Of a stretch of DNA of 64,000 nt, positions 37,700-47,172 are shown piece after piece (the stretch's first letter is position 1; every line of letters begins with the position of its first letter). The stretch lies in NCBI GenBank assembly GCA_002317225.1, contig DCIW01000195.1:1475-65474 (forward strand), read 5' to 3'. Under the pieces are notes generated by a model. It searched no databases and was not told where the DNA came from. It worked only from the letters and a program-made list of their open reading frames with translations. Position numbers and translations under genes: made by a program. This stretch comes from Prevotellaceae bacterium UBA1716 (lineage in GTDB: Bacteria > Bacteroidota > Bacteroidia > Bacteroidales > Bacteroidaceae).

Positions 37700-39313
37700 T
37701 TAATCGTCGTTGACAATGTCATTAAGCCAGCTCTTAAAGCGTCCGATAGTACCATTTTCCTTGTTGGCACGACGAACAGAAATATCGAGAGCCTCAACGG
37801 CAGTCTTAAGCATATTTGTTAACTCAGCACCTTCTTTAAGACTCTGCTTATACTTGTCCTTCGGAGAAAGAGCTGCAACGCAATCATCATAGCGGTCGTC
37901 AATAGCATCAAATGCCTTAAGAACAAGTTCTCCCGCTTCCTGACGCACCTTCTTGTCCTTGCCTTCCTGCTCAACTTTAGCACGCATAGCACGAACAGCC
38001 TCAACCTGCTTACGAATGTTAGACTTGATTTCGTCGAATGTCACTGCGACCTTTGCTTCAGCCTCTGCTGCAGCCTCTATCTCTTGCTGACGCTTGCGGC
38101 GCTCATCTTCCTGCTGCTGCTTCTCGAAGAGATCAACATTGCAAGCCTCACCACCACATGGAACTTGGCCCGCAAGAAGAAGGGAAAGAATAGTGTTGGA
38201 CATTGCATTGTCAAGAACAAGCGAACCTGCGTTCGAAGTCTTAACTACAGGTTGGGTAAGAGTGCGAGCAACACGAACCTTCTCAACCTTATTTGTAGAT
38301 AGGAAAGCCTTCTCGATATTCTTCATATTGGCACCACCACCAGTAAGGACAATACCTGCAAGAAGTTTGCCGCTATAGTTGGAGTTGACAATCTGAGAGT
38401 TAACGTTAGCAATGATTTCCGTGATTCGAGACTCAATAATACGCTTGATGATAGAAACATCAATGTGGCGTCCATCAGTTGAGACATAAGTCTGGTTGTC
38501 ATCATCGATAGAGTCGCTGTCCTGCGAACAAGCATCACCATACTTGAGTTTCAAGTCTTCAGCCTCTGCACCTTCGATTTGAATAGAGGCGAAGTCCTTA
38601 TTAATATTATTAGAACCGAGAGGAATAGTTACCAAATAGCGGCAGATATTGTTCTTAAACACGATAACTGTCGTTGTGTCAGCACCGAGGTCAACAAGCA
38701 CACAACCAGAACGCTTCTCGCTGTCGGTAAGAACTTTATCTGCGAGATGACAAGGTGAGATGAACTCCTCAACAATATCAACATTAAGGTTGTCGAAGCA
38801 AGTATTCACATTGCCGCGAAGTGAAGACTTTGCGATAATGTCAACATATTCACCTTCGATATTTGTGCCCATAACGCCGACTGGGTCAGCCACGAGATTG
38901 GAGTCAACAAGATATTCCTGGGCGTAGTTCTCAAGAACCTCATAGTCAGCAAAAGGAATCTCATAGCTTTCCTGACGTATATTGTCAATAATTTCGTTAG
39001 TGATAAACGTCTGCATGAGCATGTTGCGACGTATCACAGTCTTATAAGAACGCAAAGACTGACCGCTGATGCCCACGTAGGCACGGGCAATCTTAGTCTT
39101 GAGTACAGTCTCAAGCTTTGCGATGATGTTGTTGATAGACTGATAGGTCTTTTCGATGTTATAAACCATACCACGCTTGATGCAAGCAGTAGTCTTTTCC
39201 TCTGCGTAAGCGAGGACCTGCATGGTTCCATCTTTCTTTCTTCCTGCAATACCTGAAATCTTGGATGAACCAAGTTCGATTGCCACGATAAAATCTTTTT
39301 CCGATAATGCCAT
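37700..39313 (-). CDS. ftsA: Cell division protein FtsA with a long C-terminal extension
   Basis: 537 aa. It has an actin-like core (VAIELGSSKISGIAG, VDLGADTTTV, VLTGGGANM) and lies between ftsQ and ftsZ. Confidence 0.9.
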   Translation of the reverse strand: MALSEKDFIVAIELGSSKISGIAGRKKDGTMQVLAYAEEKTTACIKRGMVYNIEKTYQSINNIIAKLETVLKTKIARAYVGISGQSLRSYKTVIRRNMLMQTFITNEIIDNIRQESYEIPFADYEVLENYAQEYLVDSNLVADPVGVMGTNIEGEYVDIIAKSSLRGNVNTCFDNLNVDIVEEFISPCHLADKVLTDSEKRSGCVLVDLGADTTTVIVFKNNICRYLVTIPLGSNNINKDFASIQIEGAEAEDLKLKYGDACSQDSDSIDDDNQTYVSTDGRHIDVSIIKRIIESRITEIIANVNSQIVNSNYSGKLLAGIVLTGGGANMKNIEKAFLSTNKVEKVRVARTLTQPVVKTSNAGSLVLDNAMSNTILSLLLAGQVPCGGEACNVDLFEKQQQEDERRKRQQEIEAAAEAEAKVAVTFDEIKSNIRKQVEAVRAMRAKVEQEGKDKKVRQEAGELVLKAFDAIDDRYDDCVAALSPKDKYKQSLKEGAELTNMLKTAVEALDISVRRANKENGTIGRFKSWLNDIVNDD

Positions 39314-39334
39314 AGGTATATGTCGATTTTTCTG

Positions 39335-40102
39335 TTAATTCTTATGTTTAGTACAGATTACCTGATTGTCATACTGTAGGTCGATGCGGGCATACTTGTT
39401 CCAGCCCACAGTGTTAAGAGCCTTATCATAGAACTCCTTAAGATGTTCAAACTTCTTCTCGTAGTTGTCGATACTACCGAGATATACAATGTGATCGCCG
39501 ACACGGGGAACAAGTTCGAGAAGAGGCTTGCGATGCTTGTCGCGTGTCACATACACTTGCTCTATCTGACTGTTCCAAAAGTCATCATCCTCGATGAAGC
39601 GTGCGAGTTCGACAAGACTTGTAGTTGCAAAATTTTGGTCGATATCGCCTGTCATCGTTATGAGATTGGCAACATAATTGTTCTTTGCAAGCACTTTTCC
39701 CTTTGCATCAACAAAATATCCGTCACGCCCATTAGGAAGAATGTACACTACAGGAGTACGCTGCTCGATATTGATACAGAGCTTGTTGCTCGAAGTCTTG
39801 TAGCATTCCACCTTCTCGATGAAGTCGTTTGAGCGGATAAGTTCCTCAATCTTCTTTGTGTCTACAGTACTCAGGAGTTCGCCCTTTGGATAGAGTCCGG
39901 CATTGCGGAGTATTGTTTCCACTTGCTTTTCATCGATGAAACGTGCGGAAGGATTCTTCTTCACAACAAGTTGGACATCAGTACAACGAGCCTGAGGATC
40001 AGGCTTGGACATAGTTATCATGGCATAGACAACATAGGCGATCAATCCGATGAAGAGGAGTGATATAAGTATGAGTTTTGTTATTTTTGCTGCTTTTGCC
40101 AT
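39335..40102 (-). CDS. ftsQ: Cell division protein FtsQ
   Basis: 255 aa bitopic protein (N-terminal TM, POTRA-like region) at the canonical position between murC and ftsA. Confidence 0.7.
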   Translation of the reverse strand: MAKAAKITKLILISLLFIGLIAYVVYAMITMSKPDPQARCTDVQLVVKKNPSARFIDEKQVETILRNAGLYPKGELLSTVDTKKIEELIRSNDFIEKVECYKTSSNKLCINIEQRTPVVYILPNGRDGYFVDAKGKVLAKNNYVANLITMTGDIDQNFATTSLVELARFIEDDDFWNSQIEQVYVTRDKHRKPLLELVPRVGDHIVYLGSIDNYEKKFEHLKEFYDKALNTVGWNKYARIDLQYDNQVICTKHKN

Positions 40103-40234
40103 AGTGGGCGATTGTTTTTATAGGGCTTCCGTTGGAAACGGAGAGCGGTGGGATAGTGAATGAGGGTGTATTTGGGAAGGCGATAAACGCCTGTTGGGAG
40201 CACGAACCGTCTATTTAAGAGTCAAGAAACCGCG

Positions 40235-41599
40235 TTAGAGAGTGGAGAGGATCTTGGTAATCTCTGGGACGTAGTTCTCGATGTCGCCTGCACCGAGGGA
40301 GATGAGAACATCGAAGTCGGGGTGGCGTGCTATATCGAGGATATCCTCCTTGTGGATGAGATGCTTCTCGATGCCAGGGCGGAGATTATTGTAGATGAGT
40401 TCGCTTGTAACGCCTTCGATAGGAAGTTCGCGAGCAGGGTAGATATCACAGAGATAGACCTCGTCGAGAAGCGAAAGGGCATCTGCAAACTCACGGTAGA
40501 AGTCGCGAGTACGAGTGTAGAGGTGAGGTTGGAAGATTGCTGCAATCTTCTTGTCCTGATAGAGTTCGCGAATAGACTTCACAGACGAACTAATCTCATT
40601 TGGATGATGAGCATAGTCGGAAAGGAAGACCATATGGTCGTTCTTCACCTTAAAGTCGAAACGACGGTCAACACCCTGGAAAGACTTCATGCCTTCACGG
40701 AGTTCATCGTCAGTAGCACCCGCAAGTTGGGCAAGAGCCATAGCAGCAATACCATTTTCAATATTGATGCTTACAGGAACACCGAGTTGGATATCCTTAA
40801 TCACACCCTTAGGAGAAACGAAATCGAAGAATATCTCACCATTGCCGATGCGAATATTCTCAGCATGATAATCGCCTTCGTTGCGGTCGTAATCATACAC
40901 CGTAACACCCTCCTGAACATCAGCCTTCATCTCAAGATTGCGGTGGATAATGAGAGCACCACCTGGTTGGATGAGCGATGTGTACTTACGGAAACTCTCG
41001 AGATAAGCCTCTTTAGTTCCATAAATATCAAGGTGATCAGGGTCAGTAGCAGTGATGACCGTTGCATAAGGACGAAGCCAATGGAAGGAGCGGTCGAACT
41101 CGTCAGCCTCAATCACCACATAATCCGATTCCTTAGAAAGCAAGTAGTTCGTGCCATAATTCTTAGAGATGCCGCCGAGGAAAGCATTACACTTCACATG
41201 ACTCTGGTGCAAAAGATGAGCAGCCATAGTAGAAGTGGTAGTCTTGCCATGAGTACCAGCAGCACAAAGTCCCTTATGCGACTGAGTCAAGAAACCAAGA
41301 ACCTGAGCACGCTTCTGTATGTCGAATCCGTTTTCACGGAAGAATGTGAGTTCCTTATGTTCAGAAGGAATAGCAGGAGTATAGACAACGAGAGTAGTCT
41401 CCTTGTCCTTGAAGCAAGGTGCGATAGTCTCTACATTTTCCTCATAATGAATCTGAGCACCTTCTTCGATAAGCTTTTCTGTAAGGTCGGATGGAGTTTT
41501 GTCATAACCTCCCACGTTATATCCTTCGCTGAGGAAATAACGAACGAGAGCACTCATTCCAATGCCACCTGCACCTACGAAATATATTGATTTAATCAT
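40235..41599 (-). CDS. murC: UDP-N-acetylmuramate--L-alanine ligase
   Basis: 454 aa with YFVGAGGIGMSALV and GTHGKTTT Mur ligase motifs, in dcw context. Confidence 0.93.
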   Translation of the reverse strand: MIKSIYFVGAGGIGMSALVRYFLSEGYNVGGYDKTPSDLTEKLIEEGAQIHYEENVETIAPCFKDKETTLVVYTPAIPSEHKELTFFRENGFDIQKRAQVLGFLTQSHKGLCAAGTHGKTTTSTMAAHLLHQSHVKCNAFLGGISKNYGTNYLLSKESDYVVIEADEFDRSFHWLRPYATVITATDPDHLDIYGTKEAYLESFRKYTSLIQPGGALIIHRNLEMKADVQEGVTVYDYDRNEGDYHAENIRIGNGEIFFDFVSPKGVIKDIQLGVPVSINIENGIAAMALAQLAGATDDELREGMKSFQGVDRRFDFKVKNDHMVFLSDYAHHPNEISSSVKSIRELYQDKKIAAIFQPHLYTRTRDFYREFADALSLLDEVYLCDIYPARELPIEGVTSELIYNNLRPGIEKHLIHKEDILDIARHPDFDVLISLGAGDIENYVPEITKILSTL

Positions 41600-41616
41600 T
41601 TTCTTTCAATTAAGAA

Positions 41617-42741
41617 TTAAGAATTTCCTTGAGCCAACTTCCAAACCTCCTCAGCAATAATGTCTGCTGAATTATGGAATGCAAGCTTGAGCACATTCTC
41701 AGAGAGAGACTTGAGTTTAGCATCATCAACCACAGTTGCCAAGGCTGTTGATATGAGAACCGAACGAGCATCCTTGTCAGCAACAAAGATTGCAGCATCC
41801 TTTGTTGAGAGAGCTTGAGCGTTCTTTGTCTGATGATCCTCTGCCACATTAGGCGAAGGAACAAGGATACAAGGCTTACCGAGCAAACAAAGTTCGGAAA
41901 TAGAACTTGCACCCGCACGAGAGATAACCACATCAGCTGCAGCATAAGCGGCATCCATATTTGAGATGAAGTCAGTCACCACGAGGTTCTCAACCTTCTC
42001 ACTCTTAGCAAGACTCTGAGCAATCTCAGCACTATAGTACTTACCAGTCTGCCAAATGAACTGTACCCCACTCTTTCTGATTTCCTCAAGATGAGTGAGT
42101 ACGCTCTCATTGACTGTACGGGCACCAAGACTACCACCGATAATGAGAACAGTACGTTTTTCCGGGTCAAGACCGAAAGCCTTAACTGCATCAGCCTTTG
42201 ATATATTTGCATCGAGAAGGTTCTGTCTAACAGGATTGCCAGTCATGATAATCTTATCAGCAGGGAAGAAACGCTCCATTCCACTATATGCCACACAAAC
42301 CTTCTTTGCCTTCTTCGCAAGCGACTTGTTAGTCACACCTGCATACGAATTCTGTTCCTGAATAAGGCAAGGAACACCCATCGCATAAGCAGCATTGAGA
42401 GTTGGAGCAGAAGCATAACCGCCCACACCTACAGCCACATGAGGCTTGAAGTCCTTTATGATTTGCTTAACCTGTGCCTTGCTCTTGAAGAAATCAATCA
42501 TCACACCGATATTCTTCGGACTCCAAAGCGGACGGATAAGACCGCGAACAGGCAAACCGACAATCTTATAACCAGCGGCAGGAACACGCTGCATCTCCAT
42601 ACGACCATCAGCTCCCACAAACAGAATCTCTGCTTCAGGGTGCTGTTTCTTTATAGCGTTGGCAATGGAAACAGCCGGAAAGATATGTCCTCCCGTACCG
42701 CCACCACTGACTATTACTCTTAAATTTTCGTTCTGTTCCAT
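41617..42741 (-). CDS. murG: UDP-GlcNAc:lipid I N-acetylglucosaminyltransferase
   Basis: 374 aa with SGGGTGGHIFPAVSIA and the C-terminal GASSISE motif of MurG. Confidence 0.93.
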   Translation of the reverse strand: MEQNENLRVIVSGGGTGGHIFPAVSIANAIKKQHPEAEILFVGADGRMEMQRVPAAGYKIVGLPVRGLIRPLWSPKNIGVMIDFFKSKAQVKQIIKDFKPHVAVGVGGYASAPTLNAAYAMGVPCLIQEQNSYAGVTNKSLAKKAKKVCVAYSGMERFFPADKIIMTGNPVRQNLLDANISKADAVKAFGLDPEKRTVLIIGGSLGARTVNESVLTHLEEIRKSGVQFIWQTGKYYSAEIAQSLAKSEKVENLVVTDFISNMDAAYAAADVVISRAGASSISELCLLGKPCILVPSPNVAEDHQTKNAQALSTKDAAIFVADKDARSVLISTALATVVDDAKLKSLSENVLKLAFHNSADIIAEEVWKLAQGNS

Positions 42742-42798
42742 TTCTTTTAGGCGTCTTGATTAATATAGCTAAAGCTATAAAACCTTATTTTTAACGAG

Positions 42799-42806
42799 CA
42801 AATATA
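42799..42806 (-). promoter_or_regulatory. Candidate internal -7 box (TATATTTG) upstream of murG
   Basis: TAnnTTTG match on the minus strand, inside the 155 nt ftsW-murG spacer. Confidence 0.25.
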
Positions 42807-42896
42807 CGAAATAAAAATTGAATTCTTGGTCAAGAAAGAAAGAAATCGCACTTAAAGTGCCAAAATATTGCTAAAAGCGTCCAATAAAGGCCTTAT

Positions 42897-44324
42897 TCAG
42901 ACCATTGTGCCGTCAGTTGTATATTCAAGAGTCTCTCCTTGCACGGCAGATTGTTCCGGCATCTTCGACTTAGCCTGAACTGTTGCATAACGGCTGACAC
43001 TAAGAATCATGCCGATGTAGAAACTTGTGATAAGGATTGATGAACCACCCTTACTGATGAGAGGCAAAGTCTGACCTGTCACAGGGAACGCTCCCACTGC
43101 AACAGCCATATTGACTAGTGCCTGAAGCACCATCATCATACCAAGTCCGAGTACCAGATATGCAGGGAAGAATCGCTTGCACTTCTGTGCGATTCGGCCG
43201 CATCGTATAAGAAGCACGATATAGAGACCCATGATGAGAAGCGAACCGAACAAGCCCATCTCCTCCACAATGATTGCATAGATGAAGTCCGACTCCGCAT
43301 GCTGAAGGAAGTCTCGCTGAATAGAGTTGCCCGGACCACGACCAATCACATTCGAATTAGCAACAGCAATCTTTGCGTATGTAGTCTGCGAGTTCTTGTC
43401 ACCGAGAAGTTCTGCGATTTCAAGTTTGCGTTGATATTCGTTGATAGCCTTATTATATTCAGGAGAGCCATGCTCGCACTTCGATTCGAGTTGTTGTACA
43501 AACTTCTGGAAGTCAGCCTCTTTCTTCGCTTTTGCCTCGGCATCGTTCTCAAGACCGAAGGCACGCATGATACGGTGCTTACCAGTTACGACACGACTCA
43601 TACCAGGTATCTCTGCTAATGTATCATCAGGGAGGGCCATCGCCAACAAACCAACAACCACGGCAAATGCTCCGATGCACAGACATCCCTTACCTATCAA
43701 ATCCATAGGAACATGTGCAAACAACATCATCAGCACAATTACGAGGAAAAGCATAGATGCAGTTGATACATTATCGATAAAGATAAGTCCACAGACGAGA
43801 ATCGTCAAGCCACTCACGATGGCAAAAGGCATGTATCGCTTACCTTTCGTGGCACCAACAACAATCTTCTCCTTGCCACGCACAATCTGCCTCTGTTCTG
43901 CCTGAGTCTTTGCAAGAATGACAGCAACAGACATGATAAGGGCACACTTGGCAAACTCCGAAGGTTGGAAACTGATACCACCTATATTCATCCATCTGTT
44001 GGTACCATTAAGTTCTCCTCCCGCTCCACCAAGAGCAGTGATTGCCAGCAAGATAACCGCCAACGGCAAGAGTGCCAAAGGGAAGAGCATGAACCACTTA
44101 CAAGGTATACGATGCACGAAAAGGATGACTCCGAGACCCACCACGAGGAAGAATGCCTGACTGAGCATAGGTCCCATGTGAGTAGTGCTGTCGAACGTCA
44201 TACGACTTGACGCACTGTACACCTCAACAAGCGAGACCATACAGAGCAGGAACCATATCATCCAGATGACCTTGTCGCCCTTGAAGATATTGCCTTTGAA
44301 TATTTCAGAAATATATTTGCCCAC
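42897..44324 (-). CDS. ftsW: FtsW/RodA/SpoVE (SEDS) family peptidoglycan polymerase
   Basis: 475 aa polytopic protein with SEDS motifs (QPSEFAK, ESDFIYAIIVEEMG, PLISKGGSS), in dcw position. It carries a charged coiled insert in the large outer loop. Confidence 0.9.
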   Translation of the reverse strand: MGKYISEIFKGNIFKGDKVIWMIWFLLCMVSLVEVYSASSRMTFDSTTHMGPMLSQAFFLVVGLGVILFVHRIPCKWFMLFPLALLPLAVILLAITALGGAGGELNGTNRWMNIGGISFQPSEFAKCALIMSVAVILAKTQAEQRQIVRGKEKIVVGATKGKRYMPFAIVSGLTILVCGLIFIDNVSTASMLFLVIVLMMLFAHVPMDLIGKGCLCIGAFAVVVGLLAMALPDDTLAEIPGMSRVVTGKHRIMRAFGLENDAEAKAKKEADFQKFVQQLESKCEHGSPEYNKAINEYQRKLEIAELLGDKNSQTTYAKIAVANSNVIGRGPGNSIQRDFLQHAESDFIYAIIVEEMGLFGSLLIMGLYIVLLIRCGRIAQKCKRFFPAYLVLGLGMMMVLQALVNMAVAVGAFPVTGQTLPLISKGGSSILITSFYIGMILSVSRYATVQAKSKMPEQSAVQGETLEYTTDGTMV

Positions 44325-44339
44325 TATTCAATATTGTTA

Positions 44340-45671
44340 TTAGAGGTTCTTCACGCACTCCTTGAACTGCTCACCACGATCCTCCATATTCTTGAAGAGG
44401 TCAAAGCTTGCACAACAAGGACTCAAAAGTACACAGCTGCCTGGCTTAGCCATCTTAAAGCACTCGTCCACACAGTCTTTCATCGACTTCACGTCTGCTA
44501 TTGGAATACCGAAGTTGTCGAATGCAGCATGGAGCTTTGAGTTGTCAACTCCCATGAACACAAGACCGATACACTTTTCCTTAACGAGGTCGAAAATCTC
44601 CGAGTAGTCGTTGCCCTTGTCCTTACCGCCGAGGATGAGAACTGTTGGTTGAGTCATGCTCTCGAGTGCATACCAACAAGCATTGACATTAGTAGCCTTT
44701 GAGTCGTTCACAAAGTCAACTCCACGCACACGACCAGCCTTTTCAAGACGATGTTCCACACCTGCGAAGTTGCTCAAGCCTTTACGAATCTGTTCCTTGC
44801 TAACTCCCGCAATGTCAGCAGTTATACCTGCTGCGAGAGAGTTATAGAGGTTATGCTTTCCACGGAGTGCGAGTTCTTCCTGTTCCATATTGAAAGGCAC
44901 TGGACCCTCAATGACAAATTCCTTGTCAGCCACATAACCGATGGCTGCATCTTCCTTAAATTCGGAGAATGGACAAAGGCGAGCCTTGATGTTATACTTC
45001 GCGAGTTCCTTAGTGACAACTGGGTCGTCGTTCCAGAAGATAAAGGCATCATCCTCAGTTTGGTTCTGTATGATACGCATCTTGCTGTCTACGTAGTTCT
45101 GGAACTTAAAGTCGTAGCGGTCGAGATGGTCAGGAGTGATGTTCATGAGGATAGCGATATCAGCCTTGAAGTCGTACATGTTATCAAGCTGGAAACTGCT
45201 GAGTTCGATTACATAATAGTCGAAATTAGCCTCTGCAACCTGAAGGGCAAGACTCGAACCAATATTGCCTGCAAGACCAACATTGTATCCTGCCTCCTTG
45301 AGGATGTGGTAGATGAGCGAAGTGGTAGTAGTCTTACCATTCGAACCAGTAATACAAATCATCTTGGCATTAGTATAACGACCTGCAAACTCAATTTCAG
45401 AGATGATAGGAATCTGCTTTTCCTTAATCTTCACAATCATAGGAGCGTTGTCTGGGATACCAGGGCTCTTGATGATTTCGTCTGCATTGAGGATAAGTTC
45501 CTCAGTATGTTGTCCTTCCTCCCAAACAATACCATGACTGTCAAGGAGTTCCTTATATCTATCTTTAATCTTAGACATATCCGAAACGAACACGTCAAAA
45601 CCTTCTTTCTTTGCCAACACTGCAGCTCCTGCACCACTTTCGGCTGCACCTAAAATTACTATTCTTTTCAT
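44340..45671 (-). CDS. murD: UDP-N-acetylmuramoylalanine--D-glutamate ligase
   Basis: 443 aa with ITGSNGKTTTTSL and a Mur ligase C-terminal domain, in dcw position. Confidence 0.93.
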   Translation of the reverse strand: MKRIVILGAAESGAGAAVLAKKEGFDVFVSDMSKIKDRYKELLDSHGIVWEEGQHTEELILNADEIIKSPGIPDNAPMIVKIKEKQIPIISEIEFAGRYTNAKMICITGSNGKTTTTSLIYHILKEAGYNVGLAGNIGSSLALQVAEANFDYYVIELSSFQLDNMYDFKADIAILMNITPDHLDRYDFKFQNYVDSKMRIIQNQTEDDAFIFWNDDPVVTKELAKYNIKARLCPFSEFKEDAAIGYVADKEFVIEGPVPFNMEQEELALRGKHNLYNSLAAGITADIAGVSKEQIRKGLSNFAGVEHRLEKAGRVRGVDFVNDSKATNVNACWYALESMTQPTVLILGGKDKGNDYSEIFDLVKEKCIGLVFMGVDNSKLHAAFDNFGIPIADVKSMKDCVDECFKMAKPGSCVLLSPCCASFDLFKNMEDRGEQFKECVKNL

Positions 45672-45673
45672 AA

Positions 45674-45817
45674 AGCCCCCCGACCCCCCAAGGGGGCGTC
45701 CATCCGGTTTGGGGGAGGATGGTATTTGTTTGTTAATGTATTTTATTATTTGATAACTGCATTTATTAATGGACAGCTGCCCGCATGGCCGCCCCCTTGG
45801 GGGGGCGGGGGGCTCCT
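45674..45817. repeat. Miniature palindromic element: ~25 bp GC-run terminal inverted repeats around an AT-rich core
   Basis: Left end 45675-45698 is GCCCCCCGACCCCCCAAGGGGGCG. Right end 45790-45813 is CGCCCCCTTGGGGGGGCGGGGGGC, its near-perfect reverse complement. The core 45723-45770 is AT-rich. The element fills the murD-mraY spacer. Confidence 0.6.
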
Positions 45818-47075
45818 ACCTAATCTTCAAAGTCAATATAGTAATAGCCGCCAAGATTATAGTCACAATCCAGAAACGTGTTGTAATCATACTCTCGAAG
45901 AGCAATCCATCAGGTTTCTTTATCAAGTACTTAACGCCTGGTTCCATCTTGTGGCGATAATGATCGTGGAATGGAGCACGTTTGAATACTCTCCACTTCT
46001 CGCCCTTCTTATTGCCCTTCTTGGCATAAGCCACCTGAAGCATCACGCTGACACTCTCCATGAAGAAGATACCGCAAAGGATAGGGATAAGCAATTCCTT
46101 ATGGATGATAATGGCTGTGACGGCAATCACACCACCGATGGCAAGGCTTCCCGTATCGCCCATAAACACTTTGGCTGGGTAGGCATTGTACCAGAGGAAA
46201 CCGATGAGTGCACCGACAAAGGCACAGATGAACACTACAATCTCCTCCGAACCAGGGATATACATCACGTTGAGATAACTTGCAAACTCGATATGTCCCG
46301 AGACGTACGCCAGTATTCCCAACGTCGTTCCTATTATAGCCGAGTTGCCCGCACACATACCGTCCATACCATCATTGAGGTTGGCACCGTTCGATACGGC
46401 ACAAATCACAATTGTTGTTGCAATGATGAACAGCACCCAACCAATTGCACGCTTAGTAGTTCCGTTTGGTACGAAAGGAATGAGTTCGTAATAGTCAAGG
46501 TTGTTGTTCTTGAAGAACGGCACAGTAGTAACGGTCGACTTACGTGCCTCACTCTTATGATAAACCACCTTCTTCTCGCCCACCTCACGAGTTACGTTCT
46601 CACGTACAACTGCCTGAGGACTAAGCCACAAAGTGATGCCGACAATACAACCGAAGGTCAACTGCCCAAGCATCTTGAGTCTTGGAGAAAGACCATCCTT
46701 GTTGCCACCCAACTTTATCTTGTCGTCAAGAAAGCCGAGCAAACCGAAGAACACGATGGTTGCAATAAGAAGCAGCACATACACGTTGGTAAGTTTGCCG
46801 AGGAGCAAGGCAGGAATGATTACAGCCGCCAATATCACGACTCCACCCATCGAAGGAACACCCTTTTTCTGCACTCCGTATGGGTCGATAGCAGCATCAC
46901 GTGCACCTTCAATTATCTTCTTACGACGCATGTACTTAATAAAGTACTCTCCAAACCACATTGAGATGACAAGTGAAATGATAAGAGCCATCAACGCTCG
47001 GAACGAGACGAACTCGAACATCCTTACTCCCGGAATGTCAAGTTCCTTTAGGAATTGTGATAAATGGTAAAGCAT
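45816..47075 (-). CDS. mraY: Phospho-N-acetylmuramoyl-pentapeptide transferase
   Basis: 419 aa polytopic protein with NLNDGMDGM and MGDTGSLAIGG motifs. Confidence 0.95.
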   Translation of the reverse strand: MLYHLSQFLKELDIPGVRMFEFVSFRALMALIISLVISMWFGEYFIKYMRRKKIIEGARDAAIDPYGVQKKGVPSMGGVVILAAVIIPALLLGKLTNVYVLLLIATIVFFGLLGFLDDKIKLGGNKDGLSPRLKMLGQLTFGCIVGITLWLSPQAVVRENVTREVGEKKVVYHKSEARKSTVTTVPFFKNNNLDYYELIPFVPNGTTKRAIGWVLFIIATTIVICAVSNGANLNDGMDGMCAGNSAIIGTTLGILAYVSGHIEFASYLNVMYIPGSEEIVVFICAFVGALIGFLWYNAYPAKVFMGDTGSLAIGGVIAVTAIIIHKELLIPILCGIFFMESVSVMLQVAYAKKGNKKGEKWRVFKRAPFHDHYRHKMEPGVKYLIKKPDGLLFESMITTRFWIVTIILAAITILTLKIR

Positions 47076-47172
47076 TTATGTTCAATTTATAATTTACAAT
47101 TAATAATTAATAATGTGAGGTTGCAAGTATGATTATTATCCACATGCATTCTCACGTTTGGGCATCTCAATT

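Noticed and set aside
40322-41590. A 422 aa ORF on the + strand. Similar long ORFs occur at 45726-46964 (412 aa), 51464-52579 (371 aa), 44751-45653 (300 aa), 19452-20183 (243 aa), 36988-37626 (212 aa) and 50092-50703 (203 aa).
   Set aside because: Each lies entirely antisense to a strongly recognisable housekeeping gene (murC, mraY, rsmH, murD, glmS, ftsZ, ftsI). Their translations are low-complexity and motif-free. Long shadow frames opposite highly expressed genes with biased codon usage are expected. Two of them (45726 and 19452) start inside GC-run repeats.
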